NCBI GenBank assembly: GCA_016933055.1
Contig: JAFGBS010000028.1
Coordinates: forward strand, 210,001-242,000
DNA length: 32,000 nucleotides
Direction of reading: 5' to 3'
Source: Promethearchaeota archaeon
GTDB lineage: Archaea > Asgardarchaeota > Lokiarchaeia > Sigyniarchaeales > Promethearchaeaceae
The notes beneath the pieces were generated by a model. The model did no database searches and was not told where the DNA came from. It saw only the letters and a list, made by a program, of their open reading frames with translations. Position numbers and translations under genes: made by a program. Numbering within the stretch: position 1 is the stretch's first letter; the number at the start of each line of letters is the position of its first letter. Shown here piece by piece: positions 1 to 6,399 of the stretch.

Positions 1-2
1 TT

Positions 3-746
3 TGCCAGTTAGGTTTATCAGAAATTGATCGAGCTTTAAATCCATTCAGAAAACTTGCCAATGCAACAAATTCTGAGTATGGATTTTTCACCAACGCTAA
101 AGCACTATATCGAGCAGCGGAAGGATTTGCTAGCAAAAAAGCCCCTCCCGATACCGATTACTTTGATCCGAACAAAGACAAGAAATTACCACGATTGATG
201 GCAGAGATTGCAGTAGATTTACGCAGACCTACCATTGGAGAAATTCGGGATATGATGTCTAAAGTAGATCATAAATGTCAGATCTGCTATCAAAATACAT
301 GTCCCGTATGTAACAATCCGTTTTATTCGTGTGGTAGGTTCTGTCCCTCTTGTAGTCGCCCTATTCATCTCCATTGTGCATCAATGTGGTCGGATCGAGA
401 AAATTCGGAATTTGCTGATAAAACGGTATTCCGTTGTCCAAATTGCTTCTTCTTGCTAAAAGTTCCACATTCTGTTCAACAGTTGATGAAAATTACTGGA
501 GGACAGTCTATAAAAGTGACAGATGAAGAAGGTTTTGCCGGAAAACCCATTCAGATGACTAAAGTCCCTGATAATATAGTAGAAAATATAGAAGATGCAT
601 GTTCGTACTGTAGCAATATCTTTACAGGACAAGAAGCGGTATATCAATGCTCGTGTAGTGCGTATTATCATCAATCTTGTCTAGAGCATATGTATAAAGA
701 AATAAAATCATGTAGGAATTGTGGTGGTTTAATAACTCCAAAATGA
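3..746 (+). CDS. 5'-truncated protein with two C4HC3 (PHD/RING-like) zinc fingers; the preceding segment may be the end of a vWA domain
   Basis: The frame of ORF 195..746 is open back to position 3 (CQLGLSEIDRALNPFRKLANATNSEYGFF...), so the gene starts left of the window. Finger 1 is CQIC..CPSC-x4-HLHC..W..CPNC with an extra CPVC..C insert. Finger 2 is CSYC-x12-CSC-x4-HQSC-x10-CRNC. Confidence 0.8.
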   Translation, partial: CQLGLSEIDRALNPFRKLANATNSEYGFFTNAKALYRAAEGFASKKAPPDTDYFDPNKDKKLPRLMAEIAVDLRRPTIGEIRDMMSKVDHKCQICYQNTCPVCNNPFYSCGRFCPSCSRPIHLHCASMWSDRENSEFADKTVFRCPNCFFLLKVPHSVQQLMKITGGQSIKVTDEEGFAGKPIQMTKVPDNIVENIEDACSYCSNIFTGQEAVYQCSCSAYYHQSCLEHMYKEIKSCRNCGGLITPK

Positions 747-750
747 AATC

Positions 751-945
751 TTATTTGGTTTTTTCAGTGATTCCACGATTTTTATTCCATAAATTCTCCT
801 CTAAATCTGCTACTCGAAGATTGATAGCAGTCAACATTTTTTCCAATTCCTCCACTTTTTTACATAATTTCAATTGCGATTTCGCTAATTGATCTTCAAT
901 GAAGCTAATGGCTTCGACAATATTATGTATATCTTTATGTTTTAT
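751..945 (-). CDS. Possible small coiled-coil protein (64 aa) with a non-canonical ATA start
   Basis: Stop-free minus-strand frame IKHKDIHNIVEAISFIEDQLAKSQLKLCKKVEELEKMLTAINLRVADLEENLWNKNRGITEKTK*, showing a heptad pattern. A GGGGGA purine tract lies just upstream of the ATA, and the frame fills the gap convergent with the previous gene. Confidence 0.35.
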   Translation of the reverse strand: MKHKDIHNIVEAISFIEDQLAKSQLKLCKKVEELEKMLTAINLRVADLEENLWNKNRGITEKTK

Positions 946-1175
946 GAGGATTCCCCCCTAACTTGGATATCAATCCTATCACTCATAAGGAGGTTATTAT
1001 GGCAATCAAATTAATAGTTAAATTATTGTGAAAGTTAGCCGAAATTTTCCAAAAAAAAATTCAACAATTTCCAGTCCCTAAAACGAAAAATTTGGGATTA
1101 GTTCTAAAAAAATTCCAATACTTCAAATATTTAGTTTCTCCCCTTCTCTTTCTTATTAGAAAGTTCTAGAGGCGA

Positions 1176-1790
1176 GTGATGATCATGGAAGATTTAGGTA
1201 ATTTATCTTATAATAATGGAAAAAAATGCCTAGTTGTCTCCAAAAAAATCATCATCTTAGGAGAAGGGGGTACAGGTAAAACAACCTTGCTCCTTCGATA
1301 TACTACAGGAAAGTTTTCTGAAGATACAAAAATGACAGTTGGTTCGGACTTTTTTGTGAAGAAAATTAAGTTTGAACACGGCAATTGCGATGTATATTTG
1401 AAACTCTTGTTATGGGATTTTGCAGGGGAAGCACGATTTCGCTTCTTGTTAAGCGATTATACACGGGGAAGCGATATAATATTAGTTGCTTTTGATTTAT
1501 CGCGTATGAAATCTATTTATCATCTTGTAGATTGGATGGAAGTACTTGAATCGGCTCGAACCTACCAAAATAAAACACCTATCTACTTGATTGGAAATAA
1601 ATACGATCTAGTGCAAAAATATCAAGAACCTGATTATGAGTATATTAATAAATGGATTCATGATTATCACGTATCCAAATATTTTGAAACCTCTTCTAGA
1701 ACTGGATATAATGTTGAAGAATTGTTTTGTGATATCACCCGTACTTTAATCGAAAATTCCAAACAAAAAGCTTCATTCTTATGGATATAA
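1176..1790 (+). CDS. Rab-like (Ras superfamily) small GTPase
   Basis: G1 GEGGTGKT, G2 MTVG, G3 WDFAGE, RabF-like RFRFL, G4 GNKYD, G5 ETSS; no C-terminal Cys motif. Confidence 0.93.
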   Translation: MMIMEDLGNLSYNNGKKCLVVSKKIIILGEGGTGKTTLLLRYTTGKFSEDTKMTVGSDFFVKKIKFEHGNCDVYLKLLLWDFAGEARFRFLLSDYTRGSDIILVAFDLSRMKSIYHLVDWMEVLESARTYQNKTPIYLIGNKYDLVQKYQEPDYEYINKWIHDYHVSKYFETSSRTGYNVEELFCDITRTLIENSKQKASFLWI

Positions 1791-1840
1791 ATTATTTTTT
1801 TCTCATGAGATTATCCATATTTACCAATTTTTTAATTACT

Positions 1841-1886
1841 CAAAAACTATGCTATCGCTTAGCATATAGAAGTTCGAATTTTGCAT
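1841..1886. repeat. Left copy of a 46-bp direct repeat containing the palindrome ATGCTA-N5-TAGCAT
   Basis: caaaaactatgctatcgcttagcatatagaagttcgaattttgcat matches 3400..3445 at 42/46 positions. Confidence 0.9.
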
Positions 1887-1898
1887 TCTGAGATCAAA

Positions 1899-2182
1899 TA
1901 TAGCACTTATATTGGGGGGATTACTTTGAATATGGTCGAGGAATTGAAATCAATAGTCAAGGAGTGATATATGTTACTGGTACAACATCGTCATCTGATT
2001 TTCCCACTGTTAATGCTTATTTTGAGTCTTAAATCGGCTCGAATGATGCATTTATTCTAAAACTACATGCGGATTGATCATTCTTTTATGGGAATACTTT
2101 GAAGATTTTAATTGGTGGTTGTAGTATAATTGCAGTCCTGGGAATTATCATCATTTATTCGAGTAAAATAAAAAACAGATAG
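1899..2182 (+). pseudogene. Remnant of an SBBP (beta-propeller repeat) surface protein with a C-terminal TM anchor
   Basis: YSTYIGG, then a frameshift in the G6 run at 1914-1919, then DYFEYGRGIEINSQGVIYVTGTTSSSDFPTVNAYFES*IGSNDAFILKLHAD*SFFYGNTLKILIGGCSIIAVLGIIIIYSSKIKNR*. This follows the SBBP pattern YSTYLGG..G..I.VD..G..YVTG.T.S.DFPT.NA.....G..DAFV.KL..DGS. There are two in-frame stops and no start. Confidence 0.8.
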
Positions 2183-2316
2183 AAGCAAGCTATATAATTC
2201 TTGAAGTAAATCGCAGTTCAAGTTGATATTGGTAACACAATGAGATTAGCGAACCCAGAAGTTGTCGACCACAAGAAACTCGGAGAAATCAAATTCTAAG
2301 TTTCTATTTTTTTTTA

Positions 2317-2559
2317 TCATTTTCCAATTAGCTTCAAAAATTCATCTCGAGTTAAACCACTTTGTTTAATAATAGAAAGCAAAGTTCCTTTGGGAATAGG
2401 ATCTCGGAGTGGAATGATAACTAAATGTGAACTCTCGTTTTCATCATATCTAATCAATGCTCTATGACTCCCTTTTCCCCTTTTCGGTGCATCCTGAAAT
2501 CCTGCTTTCAATAACTTTTGAATGAGTTTCTGGGCAGAGATCATAGGCAGTCTTGTCAT
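2317..2559 (-). CDS. hicA: HicA-family mRNA interferase toxin
   Basis: 80 aa; LP.IS..KLI..L.KAGF, catalytic GSH motif, VIIP....I.KGTL.SIIKQSGL..DEF; 4-nt overlap with hicB. Confidence 0.92.
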   Translation of the reverse strand: MTRLPMISAQKLIQKLLKAGFQDAPKRGKGSHRALIRYDENESSHLVIIPLRDPIPKGTLLSIIKQSGLTRDEFLKLIGK

Positions 2560-2795
2560 ATATCCATCTCAATTTGACTAGTGAATTTCTGTTTAGTGGA
2601 AAAAATCTGCGAATAATCTTCAAGCAATCCTAATTCCTTTGCGTTTTCTAACCATAATTCAATTGCTTCTTTCAAATTACTTAATGCTTCTTGTGGAGTA
2701 TCTCCAGCAGAGGAAACTTCGATCTCGGGACATTTTGAAACGAAAACTCCCTCTTCTTCCCAAATCAAAGCAGTGAGGTTGGTTTTTGACATCAT
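2556..2795 (-). CDS. hicB: Short HicB-family antitoxin with no DNA-binding domain
   Basis: 79 aa; EEEGVFVSKCPEIEVSSAGDTPQEALSNLKEAIELWLE is the HicB partial RNase H fold signature; lies upstream of hicA (hicBA order). Confidence 0.92.
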   Translation of the reverse strand: MMSKTNLTALIWEEEGVFVSKCPEIEVSSAGDTPQEALSNLKEAIELWLENAKELGLLEDYSQIFSTKQKFTSQIEMDI

Positions 2796-2857
2796 GAATC
2801 AAATAGTTTTGTTGAGTATATAATACCAGTGAATCCAAACAAAAAAGCTTATTGAAA

Positions 2858-3062
2858 TTAATTAACAGATTCAGCATAAGAAAAAGCAGCTTTAATATCT
2901 TTTTTTGTCAGAGAAGGATATTTGAATGATTTCTACATCAGTCATTCCTTCAGCAATGGAATCCAAAATTACCGATGCCATAATTCGAGTACCTTTTATG
3001 CAGACCTTTCCATGACAAATTTTTGGATTCGCTGAGATTCTTTCTACCCACGATTCTGTCAT
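2858..3062 (-). pseudogene. Frameshifted DUF433-family (VapB45-like antitoxin) gene
   Basis: MTESWVERISANPKICHGKVCIKGTRIMASVILDSIAEGMTDVEIIQ is typical DUF433. The expected C-terminus YPSLTKKDIKAAFSYAESVN* continues in another frame after CAA-A-TAT (about 2920) and ends at 2858. Confidence 0.8.
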
Positions 3063-3109
3063 TGTACTATAGAGCAATAGTGTCTATGAAGAAAAAAATG
3101 TATGGACAT

Positions 3110-3166
3110 TTCATAGATTTATATGCGATTTAACTTAGCTTAAGGCATCCAGATTATTTCAACCAT
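3110..3166 (-). pseudogene. 5' remnant of a RelE/ParE-type toxin
   Basis: MVEIIWMP*AKLNRI*IYE starts with an ATG overlapping the end of the antitoxin gene (aaaATGGTTGAAATAA) and resembles the ParE N-terminus M..I.W...A..DL..IY.YI; the rest is lost. Confidence 0.55.
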
Positions 3167-3339
3167 TTTTCGAACCTTTTACGAACTTCCTCATGCGAGA
3201 TGCCTTAGTTTTTTTCACTTTGAGTTATTCCAAGTTCAATTTTGTGTTGAAGATAAAATGCTTCAAAAATATCGTGGTATTCGGCATCATTCGGTAATTT
3301 TTCGATGATATCAATTACTTTTTTCTTGGTGGATTGCAT
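3154..3339 (-). pseudogene. Antitoxin of the type usually paired with RelE/ParE toxins, with a premature stop
   Basis: MQSTKKKVIDIIEKLPNDAEYHDIFEAFYLQHKIELGITQSEKN*GISHEEVRKRFEKWLK*, with internal TAA at 3205-3207. It follows the pattern K....LP.DA..EDI..........KIE.G........SHEEV..R..KWL. Not in the ORF track. Confidence 0.75.
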
Positions 3340-3399
3340 ATACAGTAAACGAAGGAACAGATATTTAATTCATCGTAGAGTGCTGAATTTTTATCTATT

Positions 3400-3445
3400 C
3401 AAAAAGCATGCTATCGCTTAGCATATAAAAGTTAGAATTTTGCAT
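3400..3445. repeat. Right copy of the 46-bp direct repeat
   Basis: caaaaagcatgctatcgcttagcatataaaagttagaattttgcat; 4 mismatches to 1841..1886, with the palindromic core identical. Confidence 0.9.
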
Positions 3446-3591
3446 CTAAATAGAGATTACGTCTTTTAATGCAAGGTTATGTTTTCTAAAAGAATATAAG
3501 AATATTTCTAACACACTGAACTTAATTGATCAGGATTTTTGAATACAACTAACCAACCAAAAAATTCTTCACTTAATTAGACGTTGCAAAG

Positions 3592-5184
3592 GTGAGTTGC
3601 GTCATGACAAAAAAAATTGTGTTCGTAGGACCTCCTAGCTCTGGCAAATCGACATTGCGTCGATTATTCTTTGAGGGAGAATCAGCTTTTGATTTACTTA
3701 ATCATCCCTTGGAACCTACTCGGGGTAGTGAGATTTACACTTATAAAATGAAGGAAGAAATTGGTGTATTCGACCTTTCAGGGCAAGAATTGAATCGATG
3801 GTTGGGTCAAGAGCAAGAGGTATTTCAGCAAACTGATGTGATATTAATCACACTTGATGCAACTACGGATTTTAATTTATGCAGTAAACTCATAACTCAA
3901 ATGCAAAAGATACAACAAGAACGATGCTCATCTGCAACTTGTTATATACTGTTTCATAAAATTGATTTATTATCGGATAAGGATCATAAGATCTTAAAAG
4001 ATAATATTAAACAAAATCTACCGAAATCACACCAATGCTCAATATATTATACAAGTATTAGAAATGAATTTTACTTGAACACATTAAACGTTGTGTTAGA
4101 TATTTTGGATGATGTACAATCTAAACAAATCATTAGCACCCCATATAATTTTAATACATTTCGTTCGCTAGCAGGTCTTTTATCCCAATTAAAGAAAATG
4201 AAGGTAGCTAATTTTGCTGAACTCACGGCGTCCTTGAATGTACATCAACATGATTTAGCTACATTGTTGAACCAACTAAGTGGACAAAAATATTTATTAT
4301 CACGAAATTATGGCTCTGATCAAGTTTTTTTCCTCTCTGATGCGGGAGAAGAATATTATAAGGAATTTGTCCAACGATTTTTGCACAAGAGGGATATTGA
4401 GGAAACTAGAAACCTTCCAAATTTTGCTTTTCCCTCTGTTGATGATGTGAAGTTTGAACGATTTGATTTCAACCTATCAAAAATCAATAATAAAAAATAT
4501 GTAGCAAGTATGTGTGAAAAACTCATTTATGGAATACTTATAAGTGATGAAAATGGTCGTTTGTTGATAACAGTCGAAAATGGTAATAATGCACTAAAGA
4601 ACATCTTAGCCACTGAAGATAATCCCAGTTTTGATATAGAATTAGTCCCAATGTTTATCAATGCAATGTATAAATTTAGTGCTGAAATAAACTTGCAAGG
4701 TTTTACGGGTTTTCAATTGCAGGGTAAGAATATTAATGTTCATTCAATGCAATTTGACCGATTTACCTTAACATGCTTTACTTCTCCCTATTTCAACCCA
4801 GAAATTGTGAAGGATGCCTTTATAGAAATGTTTGATAGATTTAGCATTCGCTATGACGCAGAACTTGAAGACTTTTTGCAAACTGGCAACGCTACACCAT
4901 TTCAATCGTATAAACCTGCTTTCTTAAAAGAATTTCAGAAAATCACTGTTGAGTTTCTACATCAGCTGGATTCCCATATTGATGAGAAATCAATGAATTC
5001 TTATAAAGAATTATACCGAAAATTAGATGGAATTCAATTAAGCATGGTGTCGGATTCCTTACGCTATAAATTGAAAGATTTCAAATTACGTTTTATTCAA
5101 GCAATTTTGGACCAAGATTACACGACTTTAAATGATTTATCGAAAAAGGTTGATGCTCTATCGTTGAAAATAGTCACAAATTAG
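3592..5184 (+). CDS. Rag/Gtr-like small GTPase fused to a winged helix and a longin/roadblock-like domain
   Basis: G1 GPPSSGKS, G2 EPTRG, G3 FDLSGQE, G4 FHKID (HKxD as in Gtr1/RagA), G5 TSI. About aa 190-256 is MarR-like wHTH (FAELTASLNVHQHDLATLLNQLSGQKYL...FFLSDAG). About aa 311-440 is IYGILISDENGRLL...LVPMFINAMYKFSAEI..., a longin-like segment. Confidence 0.82.
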   Translation: MSCVMTKKIVFVGPPSSGKSTLRRLFFEGESAFDLLNHPLEPTRGSEIYTYKMKEEIGVFDLSGQELNRWLGQEQEVFQQTDVILITLDATTDFNLCSKLITQMQKIQQERCSSATCYILFHKIDLLSDKDHKILKDNIKQNLPKSHQCSIYYTSIRNEFYLNTLNVVLDILDDVQSKQIISTPYNFNTFRSLAGLLSQLKKMKVANFAELTASLNVHQHDLATLLNQLSGQKYLLSRNYGSDQVFFLSDAGEEYYKEFVQRFLHKRDIEETRNLPNFAFPSVDDVKFERFDFNLSKINNKKYVASMCEKLIYGILISDENGRLLITVENGNNALKNILATEDNPSFDIELVPMFINAMYKFSAEINLQGFTGFQLQGKNINVHSMQFDRFTLTCFTSPYFNPEIVKDAFIEMFDRFSIRYDAELEDFLQTGNATPFQSYKPAFLKEFQKITVEFLHQLDSHIDEKSMNSYKELYRKLDGIQLSMVSDSLRYKLKDFKLRFIQAILDQDYTTLNDLSKKVDALSLKIVTN

Positions 5185-5190
5185 CATAGA

Positions 5191-5213
5191 TTTTTTATTT
5201 TTCCTTTTTTTTT
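5191..5213 (+). terminator. Putative oligo-T archaeal terminator
   Basis: ttttttatttttccttttttttt directly after the stop of 3592..5184. Confidence 0.5.
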
Positions 5214-5370
5214 CTAAAGTTCGATTAGGATGTAACTGAGCTTTTAAAATAAATGACTCACTATGTTTGCAAAACAGCAAAATAAGTGAAATACCAATAT
5301 ATTTGAATTATAGATTTATTTCCATCAAATTATTTTATAAGGACATATTATCCAAAGTCAAGGTGCAAAA

Positions 5371-6369
5371 ATGGTATTAAAAGCTCCCAAGAAGATTAAA
5401 ATCGAGGATGAAGAAATTTCTCGAAAATATAAGATTATTGCTGAAAACTTACATAAAACCTATCTGTTAGGCAAAACTGCAGTTGCAGCTTTACGTGGTG
5501 TGGATGTGCAGATAAAAGAAGCTGAATTTATCGGACTCTACGGACCTTCTGGATCGGGAAAAACCACCCTTTTAAACTTAATAGGTGGTTTGGACTACCC
5601 TACGAGAGGAAAGATATTTCTTGATGGGATAAACATGGCAAAATTAGACGATAATGAGCTTGCTGACCTAAGAAGGGATCACATTGGCTATGTTTTTCAG
5701 TTCTATAATTTACTCCCACTGCTAACAGCTTTAGAAAATGTCATGATTCCTCTACATTTCCAAGCAAAATTAAGTAAAAGAGGGAAAGCACGAAAAGCAA
5801 TGGAACTTTTACGTCTTGTAAAACTTGATGAACGAGCAAATCACACTCCAAGTGAACTATCGGGAGGAGAACAACAGCGGGTGGCGATTGCACGCGCCTT
5901 TGCGAATGATCCCTCCATTGTCATTTTAGATGAACCGACAGGTGATTTAGATTCGAAAACTGGAATTGAAATACTTAATTTGCTACGTGATCTTAATCGA
6001 AAGGGAGCAACATTTGTTACAGCCACTCATGATGGGGCCGTCTCAGAATATTGTTCTCGTGTATTACACCTAATGGATGGCAAGATCGTAACGGGTTCAA
6101 AAGCAGAAGGATTGAAAGAAACTCCTCAACAAAGGAAAACCCGACTTGAACATCAGCAAACGAATCGACAATTAGTGGAAGAAAAGATATTAAAAACCAT
6201 TGAAGGAAAAGATCAAATCAGTATTGAACGATTACGTGCAGGGATTCCCTCTGAATTAATGGAACATCTCCCCATCCACTTTGATGACATTATTCAAGAA
6301 TTAATTGATAATGAAAAAATCAAGGGAGAACTCGATAAGGGTGTTCTTTTTATTCAAAAAGAAGGATAA
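5371..6369 (+). CDS. MacB/LolD-type (type VII) ABC ATPase with a C-terminal PCI-like winged-helix extension
   Basis: Walker A GPSGSGKT, Q-loop GYVFQFYNL, signature LSGGEQQRV, Walker B IVILDEPTG, H-loop ATHD; about 92 extra C-terminal residues. Confidence 0.93.
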   Translation: MVLKAPKKIKIEDEEISRKYKIIAENLHKTYLLGKTAVAALRGVDVQIKEAEFIGLYGPSGSGKTTLLNLIGGLDYPTRGKIFLDGINMAKLDDNELADLRRDHIGYVFQFYNLLPLLTALENVMIPLHFQAKLSKRGKARKAMELLRLVKLDERANHTPSELSGGEQQRVAIARAFANDPSIVILDEPTGDLDSKTGIEILNLLRDLNRKGATFVTATHDGAVSEYCSRVLHLMDGKIVTGSKAEGLKETPQQRKTRLEHQQTNRQLVEEKILKTIEGKDQISIERLRAGIPSELMEHLPIHFDDIIQELIDNEKIKGELDKGVLFIQKEG

Positions 6370-6399
6370 TACCAGATTATTGTAATTGGAAGCGTTCTC

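Larger units (their letters stand above)
1841..3445. mobile_element. Putative repeat-bounded accessory islet (toxin-antitoxin cluster, mostly decayed); no recombinase in the window
   Basis: Direct repeats at both ends. The content is TA genes and pseudogenes, whereas flanking genes are intact. Mobility is inferred, not shown. Confidence 0.5.

Noticed and set aside
2074-2076. In-frame TGA in the SBBP remnant as selenocysteine recoding
   Set aside because: It aligns to a Gly (GGA to TGA), and the same remnant also has a TAA, a frameshift and no start, so decay explains it.
2230-2299. Short ORF MRLANPEVVDHKKLGEIKF* inside the islet
   Set aside because: It is 19 codons long with no RBS and no recognisable family; it may be debris but cannot be supported.
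2895-2925. Programmed frameshift in DUF433 at the A7 run
   Set aside because: Family homology (YPSL) already requires the second frame upstream of the A run, so a simple indel is more likely.
1841-3445. The repeat pair as a CRISPR array or a canonical Xer dif site
   Set aside because: There are only two copies about 1.56 kb apart and no cas genes. The core has GCTA-N5-TAGC rather than the dif-type ATAA-N6-TTAT inner arms.
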